DNA from: an uncultured Streptococcus sp.
Lineage (GTDB): Bacteria; Bacillota; Bacilli; Lactobacillales; Streptococcaceae
Reading direction: 5' to 3'
Assembly: GCA_963553705.1 (NCBI GenBank)
Contig: CAUVQK010000001.1
Location: 1-32,478, forward strand
DNA length: 32,478 nt
Part shown: in pieces, positions 8,770 through 18,660 of the stretch
Layout of the letters: the number at the start of each line of letters is the position of its first letter
Position numbering within the stretch: the first letter of the stretch is position 1
The notes under the pieces: model-generated
What the model saw: the letters and a program-made list of their open reading frames with translations, nothing else
What the model was told of the DNA's origin: nothing
Databases searched by the model: none
Program-made: the position numbers and the translations under genes

Positions 8770-10508
8770 TAGCCATACCTCTCTTCAAAGATCATATGGG
8801 CTTCAGGTATTTTTGCCCATGCGGATGTGTGTAGTCTCAATTCGCTCTTGCCGTAATCCAGCTTGAAGAATTGAGAGTCGCTGTCGATGTTTCCTTGGAA
8901 TGTATCACCATTCAACAAGATATCTCCTGTTTGATTATCAATTGTCAGAGTGTCACCAGGTCTGAATACATTTTCTACCTCCAATGCATCGACTGTGTAA
9001 ATTCGATTGGCGTAGATTGACTGTAATGCGAATTTGGAATATGGAGTTGAGTCGCCCCAAGACGCCATCCAAATTGCAACTCTTGTTGGCTTAAACTGAG
9101 CTAAGCTGTCATTGATTACTTCATGAGATACTACACGAGGCCCTGTGTTTACGGTGCGAGGTGTTCTATCGCCGTAAATAGCGTCATGGTAAACCCAATA
9201 TGTTTTCACGCCGTTATAGGCGATGTTATACTGCCACCATCCGCCTCTTAATCGTTTCTCTACAATTTCATACTGGCGCCCTCGCGTCCAATCTTTGATT
9301 GAGTGGGCATTATTGGCTTCATCGTAGCCGTATTTAGCTTCTGGACGAATGGTCACGATGTCTCCAACGGAGTAATAACTATCGGTGTCGCGTTTATAGG
9401 TGATTGTTTCGCCCATATCACGGATTTGGAAGATGAATTTATTTCCTATCTTCTTCATCTCAACCTGGCCATTTAGACTAGGTAAACTACCTTTATGGAT
9501 GATGGTTGAATGGTATTTATCACTTGTTAGAGAGTTTGTCTTGAACGATGTGTTGAGTTTGTTCTGGTCGCTCGATACATCGTATATAGACGTTGTCATA
9601 ATTGGTCTTCGTGATTCATCCTCGATGACAATCAATAGGGCGCAGGTCCTGTTCTTTTTGCCAGAAAAATCTTGCATCTGAACTCTAGCAGTCAATGAAA
9701 AGTTGTTGGCTTCCTGTTCGACTGAACCTTCTGTGAACATCTTGGTCGCAGCGAATCCTTGCCATGAATCGTTTTGGCCAGTGTAAGTGGTCTTATCTAC
9801 TGTTAATGCCAAGGTTTCGGTTTTCTTTGCCTTGCCTTTCGAAGTCATCTTTTTGTAGTCAGTAGTGTATGCTTCGAAGTTTGGGACATAACTCCATCCG
9901 TTGTTGATATCGACAGGTCGCTCGTTCATCATATTTTCAGTAGGTGGTACCGGAATCTTATCGAGTTCCTTGGCGTTACCTAATCCTATATGTCCGTACG
10001 GAGAAACAAGTGAGACGTAGCCACATTCATTGTTGAATGTGATGTCGAATCTAGGGGCTGTCCGATAGGTCCCTTTATTATCCACGGTGACCTTGCCTTC
10101 TGCATCGAATGCAATAGGGACTGGTCGCTCCGTTGAGATCCAGTAAGGATATGGACTTGAGAATCTTAATTTCAATCCAGCGTGTCTTACTCGACTTGTT
10201 AGGTCCAAATTGCCAGTGAAGATACACATGAGTTTACGATTAGGCTGGTCGCTAATAATCAGTTCCTTTGGCTCCTGCGCTGAATATAAAATTCTAACGA
10301 GTTCATCACGAGCATTAAGGACATCTTCACGAATAACTGCCTCAATCTCAATATCAAGGCCGGCATCCTGGACATTTCTGAATCGCCGGCCTGAATTGTA
10401 TTCATGAGCCGTAAAAGAGGCTGTTCGATTGGCCGTAATTGGCTTAATCCGTTTGATGTAGATGTACTTTGACAAATCAAAGCCATCATATAAGACTTTA
10501 TAGTACAC
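8769..10508 (-). CDS. Distal tail protein (evolved Dit with inserted carbohydrate-binding-type and SH3-like domains)
   Basis: Follows the tape measure gene; ELIISDQP, F..PYPYW, N.GT...P, FF.L..G motifs; enlarged to 579 aa. Confidence 0.85.
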   Translation of the reverse strand: MYYKVLYDGFDLSKYIYIKRIKPITANRTASFTAHEYNSGRRFRNVQDAGLDIEIEAVIREDVLNARDELVRILYSAQEPKELIISDQPNRKLMCIFTGNLDLTSRVRHAGLKLRFSSPYPYWISTERPVPIAFDAEGKVTVDNKGTYRTAPRFDITFNNECGYVSLVSPYGHIGLGNAKELDKIPVPPTENMMNERPVDINNGWSYVPNFEAYTTDYKKMTSKGKAKKTETLALTVDKTTYTGQNDSWQGFAATKMFTEGSVEQEANNFSLTARVQMQDFSGKKNRTCALLIVIEDESRRPIMTTSIYDVSSDQNKLNTSFKTNSLTSDKYHSTIIHKGSLPSLNGQVEMKKIGNKFIFQIRDMGETITYKRDTDSYYSVGDIVTIRPEAKYGYDEANNAHSIKDWTRGRQYEIVEKRLRGGWWQYNIAYNGVKTYWVYHDAIYGDRTPRTVNTGPRVVSHEVINDSLAQFKPTRVAIWMASWGDSTPYSKFALQSIYANRIYTVDALEVENVFRPGDTLTIDNQTGDILLNGDTFQGNIDSDSQFFKLDYGKSELRLHTSAWAKIPEAHMIFEERYG

Positions 10509-13076
10509 CTATATTTTCCCCCCTTTGATTCGCTGATTTCGCGTTGTGTTCATCGTGTTGATTGAATTGAGATATGGCGATACGACTCTGGCTACGTTTT
10601 GGCCATCCATGTAGAAACTTGTATCCTTATCTAGCAAGGCTAGAATGCCGTCTAGGATTTGGAATAGAATCTCATCTGTCCGACCTGTATTCATAGTTGC
10701 AGCAATACCTCGACCAATCCCACCAAGTGTTTCAGCGTTGAGTGGTAGCACTGCCTCTGAGCCAGCTTCACCGCCGACCATTAGATTATTACCATTCATA
10801 CCAAAGACCGTTGGAGCATTTAGGATACCACCCTTGGCATACCATTCAACGCCAACGTTAGGTCGTTTGCTGGCATCGCCCCAGTCCAACGGATTGAGAG
10901 ACCCACTAAAGGTGAAGTGTGGTAAAGGTATCTTTGGCCACTTCCATTCGAATTTAAGGAAGCCTTTGATTGCCTCGATTGCACTCCCCACCTCGTCCTT
11001 AGCTCCGTTGATAGTATTGGATATGGTGCTTGTGATGCCATTCCAAATGTTAGAGGTAGTAGTGGAAATCTCGTTCCATACACCAGAAATGAAGCTTCCT
11101 ATGCCACCAAGGGCGTCACTTGCTCCTTGCACGAAGCCGGATATGACTTCTACCAGGCTAGACCACACAGCAGAGCCGGTGGCAACTAGAGCATCCCACG
11201 TTGCGGATAGGACCTGGCAAATGGTGTCCCAGTTGGCTATAATGGCGATTACTGTGGCGATAGCAGCTACAATGGCACCTATAGGCAACAATGCAGCGCC
11301 AATCGACGCGCCAAATACACCAAACACGGTTGCTATGGCTGTGATTACAGGCGCTAAGGCACTAAGTCCAGCCAATAGTCCGCCTATGACAAGTATGCCT
11401 TGTTGTACTGGTGCAGGTAGGTCTCTAAACCATTGGACCACGTCTTTGATAACTGGCACGATATCTTTGATTAATGGAGCAACCGCAGATGCGATTGTAC
11501 CGCCAACTTCGGCCATGACAGCTTGAAACTGTTGCATAGCTATTTGTTGCTGGTCGATATCGTCCAATGTGGCATCAAATGTGGCACTTACAGAGCCTTG
11601 GCTATCTTTCGCTGCCTTAGTCAATTGGCTGAAGCTAAAGGCGCCACGCTTAATGGCGTCAACCATCTTAGCTGCACCTTTTGTGCCGAATGTGGCGCTT
11701 GCTGTGGCCAATGCTTCTGTCTCGCTCTTAGCGTTCTTAATCTTGTCGATTGTCTGCGCTAGCCCATCTTTAAGGCTGATGCCTTGCTTGGCATACACAA
11801 CACTAGCCTTGGACAATAGTCCAAGTGCGTTAGATCCGTCGATACCTAGCTTGTTGAACTGCCCCATCAGTTCGACGCCTTCGCCGAATGACAAGCCTAA
11901 TGACTTAATCTGCGGTGCGCCTGCAACTGCTGACTGGAACAATGCATCGACTGAGACGCCAGTTCGTTGAGCTGTGCCTGTCACGCTATCCAATACGCTC
12001 TCAAATTGCTCATTAGATAGGCCATAGGCTTCTAAAGCTTGTTTGGCGCTGATGATGGAGTTTGATACATCGGTGCCGTTGATATTGGCAAACTTGATTG
12101 CGCTAAGCGATGCTGCTTCTAGTCGTTCGCCTGTGAAGTCTAGTTGGGTGTTTACTTCACCTAGTGCGGCACCAACAATAGCCGGACTATCGACTGGAAT
12201 GCTAGATAAGATACGCTCATAGCTTGCCTTAATGGCATCTGAACTCTGACCGGTCTTCGTTGTATAGATATCTAGGCCTTCGTCCATCTGGCGGAATGCG
12301 TCCTGTGACTGTTTGGCAAAGCCAATGACCGCATCCCCTGCTTGTTTTGCAGCGCTAGCTGCTTGCATCAAAGCTGTGCCAGAAGTTGCCTTGGATATCT
12401 TTTCTAACTCCTTATTGGACTCGCTTGTCTTGTTTTTAAGTTTGTCCATTTCGCTAGCGACATTGTCCAACGAATTCCCGTCATCGACAGTATCCAATGT
12501 CTTTTTGAGCTTATCGATGTCGTGTTCTGTTATGCCACTGGCCTTACCGATTAGCTTGATTGCCTTATCGAGGTCAGCAGAGCTAGCTGATCCGGTCTTG
12601 ATGGAGTTAACTAGCTTTGTTCCTAGGACGTTGGAATAGTCGTCTAGGCTTGTCTTGGTTGCTTTAAGCAAGGTCTGTAACTGATTAGAGCTCTGTTGCC
12701 AGTTCTTCTGCTCCTGGCCAACGCTAGCCATCTCAGTTCTGTACTTGCGGAGTTTGCTCTCCGTCTCGACTAATTCGCGTTGGAAGGCTCGGTATTTGTC
12801 CTCGCCAATCTCGCCATTAGCCAATGATTGTTTGACTTGAGAATCAGCATTCTTCAAGGCGTTTAGTTTTTCGCTAGTGACCTCAATTTGCTTGGCTAAC
12901 ACCTGTTGCTTTTGAGCCACTAGATCAGAGTTACCAGGATTGAACTTCAATCCGTTGTTAATCTTGCTTAACTCGGCATTGGCCTTGGCTGATTCCTTGT
13001 TGACTGAGGCAAGCGACTTTTCTAAGCCAGTCGTCTTACCATCGATTTCGATTGTAATACCTTTGATGTTAGACAC
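10509..13076 (-). CDS. Tail tape measure protein
   Basis: IKGITIEIDG.TTGL N-terminus, Ala-rich helical core, hydrophobic segment, W-spaced repeats, WYAKGG/GEAG.EAVLPL. Confidence 0.93.
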   Translation of the reverse strand: MSNIKGITIEIDGKTTGLEKSLASVNKESAKANAELSKINNGLKFNPGNSDLVAQKQQVLAKQIEVTSEKLNALKNADSQVKQSLANGEIGEDKYRAFQRELVETESKLRKYRTEMASVGQEQKNWQQSSNQLQTLLKATKTSLDDYSNVLGTKLVNSIKTGSASSADLDKAIKLIGKASGITEHDIDKLKKTLDTVDDGNSLDNVASEMDKLKNKTSESNKELEKISKATSGTALMQAASAAKQAGDAVIGFAKQSQDAFRQMDEGLDIYTTKTGQSSDAIKASYERILSSIPVDSPAIVGAALGEVNTQLDFTGERLEAASLSAIKFANINGTDVSNSIISAKQALEAYGLSNEQFESVLDSVTGTAQRTGVSVDALFQSAVAGAPQIKSLGLSFGEGVELMGQFNKLGIDGSNALGLLSKASVVYAKQGISLKDGLAQTIDKIKNAKSETEALATASATFGTKGAAKMVDAIKRGAFSFSQLTKAAKDSQGSVSATFDATLDDIDQQQIAMQQFQAVMAEVGGTIASAVAPLIKDIVPVIKDVVQWFRDLPAPVQQGILVIGGLLAGLSALAPVITAIATVFGVFGASIGAALLPIGAIVAAIATVIAIIANWDTICQVLSATWDALVATGSAVWSSLVEVISGFVQGASDALGGIGSFISGVWNEISTTTSNIWNGITSTISNTINGAKDEVGSAIEAIKGFLKFEWKWPKIPLPHFTFSGSLNPLDWGDASKRPNVGVEWYAKGGILNAPTVFGMNGNNLMVGGEAGSEAVLPLNAETLGGIGRGIAATMNTGRTDEILFQILDGILALLDKDTSFYMDGQNVARVVSPYLNSINTMNTTRNQRIKGGKI

Positions 13077-13087
13077 TGCCTCACCTC

Positions 13088-13668
13088 CTAGAAGGCGTCA
13101 AAGTCATCTTGAGTCGCCTTTCGTGTCTTTGGTTCGTCCTGCTTCTCTTTCATCTCAACTTCTGTAAGCATAAAGTCCATAAGCAGGCCGACCGTCATGC
13201 TGCCTAAATCATCAATAGAAAGTCCTAGTAACTTCATCGCTACTAGGACCATTTCTGTTGTGATTATCTTTTCTTCTTCTTGCCCTTCCCACGGCTTATC
13301 TGGGTCGGGGTCTTCTGCTTTTTTGATTGCATCAACTTGTTGATGAGTGGCGAAATCGCTTTAGCACAGTCTGTAAACGGAAGAACGTCGAAGCTTTCTA
13401 GCCACTCCATAAACGGCAGAATGTCTTTATCTGCTTCCTTGGCGAAGGCCCAAAGCAAGCGATATACACAATCTAGTTCAATGGCATTCAACTCTTCGTC
13501 GGTTACTGCCTTACCACTGTCGCTTTTGGCAATGGTATTGCCTGATACACCAAAACGGTATACATCCTTGAAAAAATCGACGCCAAATTCCGAACGATAT
13601 CGGATTGGCGTCGCAGCGGTTGCTTTTAGTCGAATTTCACGACCATCGATTCTTAGCATTCCTTCCAT
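13088..13668 (-). CDS. Tail assembly chaperone, long (GT-type) product via programmed -1 frameshift
   Basis: In-frame A_AAA_AAG heptamer at 13318-13324. The -1 frame stays open to TAG at 13088 and encodes ...LGLSIDDLGSMTVGLLMDF...RKATQDDFDAF. Confidence 0.85.
13264..13668 (-). CDS. Tail assembly chaperone, short (G-type) product
   Basis: Between major tail and tape measure genes; IDGREIRLKATAATPIRY...FG.DFFKD motif. Confidence 0.85.
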   Translation of the reverse strand: MEGMLRIDGREIRLKATAATPIRYRSEFGVDFFKDVYRFGVSGNTIAKSDSGKAVTDEELNAIELDCVYRLLWAFAKEADKDILPFMEWLESFDVLPFTDCAKAISPLINKLMQSKKQKTPTQISRGKGKKKKR

Positions 13669-14234
13669 TATGCTTGCTCCTCAAATGGCTTAGTGAACCA
13701 GTTCTTGTATGTTTCTTCTGGTGTTTCTTCAGTGGTGCTCTTCTTGACTAGGTTGTCATGTAAGCGTGGCTTGGCAACGAAGGTTAGCTTTTGAGTGTTT
13801 GGCTCGCCGTTACCTTTTGTCTTCCCACCGACAGTTGGACGGTTAGCCGTACAGTTGTACAATGTGTGACGGCGGTTTTTCTTGTCGCCACGGAATTGAT
13901 ACATCAAAGCAAAACCTTTAGAAGTCGCATTTGCAAATTCGCTCATGGTCTTAGATGTTGCATCTTTCTTCTCGCCAAGGCATGATTCTTTGAAGTGATC
14001 AGGAATTAAAGCAATGGTTAATTCGCCTTCGTAACCGTTGTTGTTCGCAGCAGCGTAATAAGTTACGTTATCAGCTTCAAATTCAACAAGTTCACCTTTT
14101 GGGTTGATGCTTAATTCAACTGCACCAGGTAATGGAGCAGGTGAACCGTAAGTGATACCCGTAGGTGTCATTGAGGTGATAGGTACATAGTGTACATTCT
14201 CAAGCCCAAATTCAACAATGTTAGTTTCAGTCAT
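13668..14234 (-). CDS. Major tail protein (phi13 family)
   Basis: VEFGLENVHY, PGAV.LS, F.ADN..YY...NNGYEGEL, LYNC.A.RP motifs. Confidence 0.92.
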   Translation of the reverse strand: MTETNIVEFGLENVHYVPITSMTPTGITYGSPAPLPGAVELSINPKGELVEFEADNVTYYAAANNNGYEGELTIALIPDHFKESCLGEKKDATSKTMSEFANATSKGFALMYQFRGDKKNRRHTLYNCTANRPTVGGKTKGNGEPNTQKLTFVAKPRLHDNLVKKSTTEETPEETYKNWFTKPFEEQA

Positions 14235-14557
14235 TATAGACCCTCCAATTCGTATTTGATTAGAATGAGCTGTTCAGATTCGACGAATAGTTCCGTCTTT
14301 ACGAAAGCCCATTGGTGCTGCCTAAAGACAGCCTCTAGTTTTTCCTCTTCTACTGGCATTTTCTTGTCAGTATAGAGTTCAACGGTTATGCCAGCATAGG
14401 CGAAATAGCAAGTGTTGTCTGCGTATATAGCCTGCGTTTCGTCTTCGTAATAGACAACAAACGGTGTTGGCACTCGTTTACCAGGCAAAAATCGGCGATA
14501 CGCCAAATTATTAAAGCCTGCTTCTTTGATGGCCGAAGCCAATTCAGTTAACATCAT
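14234..14557 (-). CDS. Tail terminator/completion protein
   Basis: P.PFVVY, ADN, VELYTDKK, E.F.ESE motifs; position before the major tail gene. Confidence 0.8.
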   Translation of the reverse strand: MMLTELASAIKEAGFNNLAYRRFLPGKRVPTPFVVYYEDETQAIYADNTCYFAYAGITVELYTDKKMPVEEEKLEAVFRQHQWAFVKTELFVESEQLILIKYELEGL

Positions 14558-14910
14558 CAGCTTTTCGCCAACCTTTCCTCGACTCTCTTAACCACCTGCT
14601 CCTTGACGAACTCCTCTGCCTTCTTTATGTGAGGATAGGCTTTAGATCGTCCACCGTTTACGAGGGCATGACCCTTTTCTAAGAGGTGTGTGCGTCGCCA
14701 GTCGGTAGCGTTGTGGATGATTCGCTTGTTTTTTTCCTTTTTGAGCTTCCAGCCCTTCTTGTACTTACCGTACCTAACCGGACTGGCTTCCGTTACCATT
14801 TCGACTCCCTCACGACCTACCTCGTCGAATACCTTGTTGAGGTCTTGTTCTACTTCGTCAGTGTATGCGCGTAGTAGTCTGGCTACCTCATTGGCTAGAT
14901 CATTGGCCAT
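14557..14910 (-). CDS. HK97 gp10-like neck protein
   Basis: SPV..GKY.KGW, THLLEKGH....GGR.KA.PHI..AEE. Confidence 0.88.
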   Translation of the reverse strand: MANDLANEVARLLRAYTDEVEQDLNKVFDEVGREGVEMVTEASPVRYGKYKKGWKLKKEKNKRIIHNATDWRRTHLLEKGHALVNGGRSKAYPHIKKAEEFVKEQVVKRVEERLAKS

Positions 14911-15223
14911 TTAAATCACCAACTTTAACGGAGCATTGAAGTTCCAATTCTTCGTTGCTGATTTGGTAGGTTCGAACAATGGTGTAATATAGGCCCTCGA
15001 ACTCAAGGTGAGTCTGCTTGCTATACTCATATGGATGGATAACAAACGTCTCGTCGATAGAGATGCCGTTCTGACCGGCTAGATAGAACTCGCGTCGGTT
15101 AGTCGGCTTTCGCTTAGCGAATATTGTGAGTTTGCTTGTAACACCTTCAATCGGATTGCCGATATCATCATAGCCATCACCGACAGATAGCAACGTAACA
15201 GTGTGGTCCCAAGTGCTAATCAT
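14900..15223 (-). CDS. Head closure/head-tail adaptor protein
   Basis: EFY.AGQ.G, F.IH.YEY, Y.IVRTY, ELEL; ATG at 15223 follows GGAGGT RBS. Confidence 0.85.
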   Translation of the reverse strand: MISTWDHTVTLLSVGDGYDDIGNPIEGVTSKLTIFAKRKPTNRREFYLAGQNGISIDETFVIHPYEYSKQTHLEFEGLYYTIVRTYQISNEELELQCSVKVGDLNGQ

Positions 15224-15515
15224 TTGAGCCACCTCCTAAGCTGCTAAACATTAAGTTATTTAATCGCCAACGGATGTGGCGTGGCATTGATGGATTATCT
15301 CGGCTTGAGTACCGATATTCAGCGTAGTCAGCGACGAAGAGCTGATGACTAATCTTAGATACATCTAGTTTAATTCCTTGCTGTTCTTTCAGCTCCTCGA
15401 TGATACCTGAGATGATATGCTTTAATAGCTTATCTCTAACGTCAGTCGAGATGCTAAGCCTAGCCTTTAGAATTTCCAAGATGACTTCTTCGTTAGTCAG
15501 TTGTTCCTCCGACAT
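15216..15515 (-). CDS. Head-tail connector protein (gp6-like)
   Basis: LK.RL.I....RD.LL, FVADYA.YRY, MPRH..WRL.NL; start moved to the ATG at 15515 based on the RBS. Confidence 0.85.
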   Translation of the reverse strand: MSEEQLTNEEVILEILKARLSISTDVRDKLLKHIISGIIEELKEQQGIKLDVSKISHQLFVADYAEYRYSSRDNPSMPRHIRWRLNNLMFSSLGGGSND

Positions 15516-15720
15516 TGTCATCACCCACTTCATCGTCACTATCTTCAGCAATGAAAATCGCTCCTGCTGAATTGGCTCTAGTGGCCAATTCTAAAATTCG
15601 TTTGTTAGTTACCTTACCTTTCGCTGGATAATAATCACCGACCTCATAGAGGCGACCGTTCGGAAATTCCTCCGAACGGTCATTTACATCAGCAAAGGCT
15701 CTAACTACCTTATACGGCAT
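15493..15720 (-). CDS. Small conserved head-region phage protein
   Basis: YKV..AF.D......Y.VGD.YP......RI.EL....N..G motif, commonly seen after capsid genes. Confidence 0.75.
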   Translation of the reverse strand: MPYKVVRAFADVNDRSEEFPNGRLYEVGDYYPAKGKVTNKRILELATRANSAGAIFIAEDSDDEVGDDNVGGTTD

Positions 15721-15741
15721 TTAGATCACCCTTTCGTTAGG

Positions 15742-16896
15742 TTAAACAGCGTCAGTGTAGGTTACGAAGAAGCCAGCATCTTCATCTACCTTCTTCGTGT
15801 CAAATCGTACTGCTGAACCTAATAGTTGACCATACACATTGTTGTTGGTCCATTGGACAGTCACTTGGCTCCGGTCAAACAGTGTCACGAATTCTTCGGC
15901 ATCGCCAATAAAGCCTTTCATTTCGCCTTCGCTAGCAATTAAAGTATCGTCGACCGTGTAGATAGGGTGGTTGCTGAATGAATGTCCGCTTGGAGAAGTG
16001 ATGTCTGGTTGCAACATATATCGGCCATCCTTGTCCTTTACCTTATCTAGTGCGTTATACATTGATTGACTGACAATCAAAATAGGTGCATATGCAGTCT
16101 TAATTTTTACGTTCAAGATATCCTTGATTCCGTCTAAACCTTGCGCGTTAGCGGCCGTAGCGGTTTTTAGAATCTTACAGATTTCATCGTTTTTAGTGTT
16201 AAGTTCTTGGTCGTTGACATCTTCTCCAACCTTGCCCACGATGTCGAATGTAGCGTCATCAATCATTTCTTGAGAGATAGCAACATGGCCACGGAAGGTC
16301 TTGACAGAGTAGTCAACTTCTCCAAACGCTGGTTTTCCTAATTCTGGGTTGGCAGCAAGTTCTTCTACACTAACCATCTTCTTTTTGGATTTTTTAATAA
16401 TTGGATATTTACCAGACGCTGAATTTACCTTAACCACATTGATAAGTTTGGTTAGGTCAACTGTGCTTGTTTTCTTGTCATGAGGTTGCAGGACTTCCAC
16501 AGGAATCAACGCGCCACCATCGACTTTTGTAACACCTGATTCATATTCTGCTTTGCGGATGTATCCAGCTAGTGCTTCGCGTTTTTCATTGTTATTCATT
16601 TTTTCACGTTTCCCTTCTGGTTTTGGTTGTTTGTCATTGATTGAACGGATTTCAGCCTCGATTTGTTCCATCTCTTCTTTGATGTTTCGAACCTCTAATT
16701 GCTTAGCTTCTAACTCACGTTGCGCTGCTTCGATTGACTCGTCTAGTTTGTTGAGTTCTTCGTCAGTCTCAACTGAATCAACTTGAGATAAAAGCTCTGC
16801 TGATCGTGCTGTTAATTTTTGTTCAGCCTCTTCAGCAGTAACTAATGATTTGGCTTTCATCCGTAATTTGGCATCTAAAATTAATTGTTTATTCAT
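15742..16896 (-). CDS. Major capsid protein, HK97 fold with N-terminal delta domain
   Basis: Coiled-coil N-terminus, DGGALIP, ISQEMIDD, KDKDGRY.LQPD. Confidence 0.95.
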   Translation of the reverse strand: MNKQLILDAKLRMKAKSLVTAEEAEQKLTARSAELLSQVDSVETDEELNKLDESIEAAQRELEAKQLEVRNIKEEMEQIEAEIRSINDKQPKPEGKREKMNNNEKREALAGYIRKAEYESGVTKVDGGALIPVEVLQPHDKKTSTVDLTKLINVVKVNSASGKYPIIKKSKKKMVSVEELAANPELGKPAFGEVDYSVKTFRGHVAISQEMIDDATFDIVGKVGEDVNDQELNTKNDEICKILKTATAANAQGLDGIKDILNVKIKTAYAPILIVSQSMYNALDKVKDKDGRYMLQPDITSPSGHSFSNHPIYTVDDTLIASEGEMKGFIGDAEEFVTLFDRSQVTVQWTNNNVYGQLLGSAVRFDTKKVDEDAGFFVTYTDAV

Positions 16897-17461
16897 GCGA
16901 ATATTTCTCCTTTACCTTTTGTTTTTTTAGCTCTAAGGCTCTTTTCTTTGACTGCTCCCAGTCTTGTTTTCTTGCTGCAATCTCTGTTTGTGGATATGCA
17001 GGGAATGTACAAGGACTAACCTCGTACAATTCGATGTCTGTTAAGGTCTCTAATGTTGCGCCGTGAGCCAGTTCTTTAAATTCAGAATCGCGTAAGAAGA
17101 AGCCAAAGCTACATCCTACAACGTCCCCACGCTTAACTCTCGCATAAGCGCCCATTGCTTGAGGGTCATCTTTATTAATTCGGATATCACCTCTTAGACC
17201 TTTGGCATCCACGGTCAGAGTCAATGTGCTGTTACCTGTCCGACCTAACACAAGTGATGTGTCATGATTAAACAATGCTCTAACATCTTGTGTGTTTAGG
17301 TTGGCTAGCGCACGAGGACTAACCTGTTCCAGATACCCTGGCCACAGTTCAGTTGGAGAATCGAAGATAATAAAATAGCCAGATAAGATAAGCTCATCTG
17401 ACTCTTGCGATTCTCTTGTTTCAAATTGCGTCGTAATAAATGACTGCCGTTGTTGTTCCAT
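16889..17461 (-). CDS. HK97-family prohead protease
   Basis: ALFNHD...VLGRT, CSFGF, LYEVSPCTFPAYPQT. Confidence 0.95.
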   Translation of the reverse strand: MEQQRQSFITTQFETRESQESDELILSGYFIIFDSPTELWPGYLEQVSPRALANLNTQDVRALFNHDTSLVLGRTGNSTLTLTVDAKGLRGDIRINKDDPQAMGAYARVKRGDVVGCSFGFFLRDSEFKELAHGATLETLTDIELYEVSPCTFPAYPQTEIAARKQDWEQSKKRALELKKQKVKEKYSHE

Positions 17462-18646
17462 TTAGTCACCCCCTTCCAATTTTTTCTGGTCTCCCAATTT
17501 GTCCTGTGGTAGGTAGTTTTCAAGGATAATCAACTCATCCATCTCCTCATCAGGTGGCAGACCGACCCAATCACGCAACTCGTTTCTTCTCATAGCATTT
17601 AGTTGGACCATTTGGCCACCTGCTGTGACCAGGTCGTTAATGCTATAAGCGTAGAGCGAGCGTGGATTGAGTTTGAAGTAACGCGACTCACTGACAAGGA
17701 TATCTCGTGTCAGTGTCTGCGCGATTGTATTGGCCATGGACATGACCTTGGTGTTGACCCAGTTGTTAAACTCCTCTTTGTTGAACTCGCCAACGCCGAG
17801 GAAGAAGGCCGGAACACCCAAGACTCCTGCGAGAGTCTTCTTGTCAATCTCGACCGACTCATTGATGGCAATGTCCTTGAGGGTCAATGGCTTGACCTGT
17901 TCAACAGATAGTGTGTTGCCAGGAATAACCATCGGGTCCCCAGCATTGCGGTTGGTCATGTACTTCTTGATGATTCGCTCTCGGCCTTGCTCGCTTGCGA
18001 GCTCCTCTACATCTGCATCAACCGCAATGATAAGGCTAGGCATGTTGCGCTCTTTCATAAAGCCGCGCTTGGTGCGAGTGGCTTGCTGTAGATTCTGAAC
18101 GATGTCACGAAGTTGGATGCGGTACCCTGTCCCCCAGAATAAGTAGTCTGGGTCCGGATTTATTACGAAGTGAATGACCTCATCTGGATTGTAGGTTTTA
18201 CCACCGTAGTGAATTAAATAGCTATCGTCAGTTAACGAATAGCTGACGCCTGCCATAGGGAATGGCATCAAATCTTTGATTAATCCGGTCTCTAAATCAA
18301 ATGACATATGGACAACAGAGTTACCTTTACCATCTAGCATTAAGTCTCGGACAATCTTATAAAGCCAGCTCTTTCTCGTCATGTTCCGGCATGGCTCGAT
18401 ATCTAGCTTGCGAGATAAGCCATCTCTTACTCTGACATCACCTTTCTCGGTATTTTCCCATAACTGAATAGTCATGTTAGATACCATATCGGCAACGCGG
18501 TCGACGGCCGTAATGACGTCTGGGTGTTTATTTAGTGGGATATAGTCGTCACTTTCAAGCTGAGCTAGCATGTCTTGCGTTGACATTAATCTAACGCTTG
18601 GCTTGCCGTCTGGCTTAGAGCGTCTGAATAAATCTAATAGTCCCAT
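17462..18646 (-). CDS. Portal protein (HK97 family)
   Basis: Follows the terminase; DEVIHF, LGVPAFFLG, MRRNELRDWVGLPP. Confidence 0.93.
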   Translation of the reverse strand: MGLLDLFRRSKPDGKPSVRLMSTQDMLAQLESDDYIPLNKHPDVITAVDRVADMVSNMTIQLWENTEKGDVRVRDGLSRKLDIEPCRNMTRKSWLYKIVRDLMLDGKGNSVVHMSFDLETGLIKDLMPFPMAGVSYSLTDDSYLIHYGGKTYNPDEVIHFVINPDPDYLFWGTGYRIQLRDIVQNLQQATRTKRGFMKERNMPSLIIAVDADVEELASEQGRERIIKKYMTNRNAGDPMVIPGNTLSVEQVKPLTLKDIAINESVEIDKKTLAGVLGVPAFFLGVGEFNKEEFNNWVNTKVMSMANTIAQTLTRDILVSESRYFKLNPRSLYAYSINDLVTAGGQMVQLNAMRRNELRDWVGLPPDEEMDELIILENYLPQDKLGDQKKLEGGD

Positions 18647-18660
18647 TCATTTCCTCCTTC

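Noticed and set aside
10645..11970. Long + strand ORFs (293 aa, 133 aa) opposite the tape measure gene, and similar antisense ORFs elsewhere
   Set aside because: Shadow ORFs from codon bias of the real gene; no RBS or recognisable motifs.
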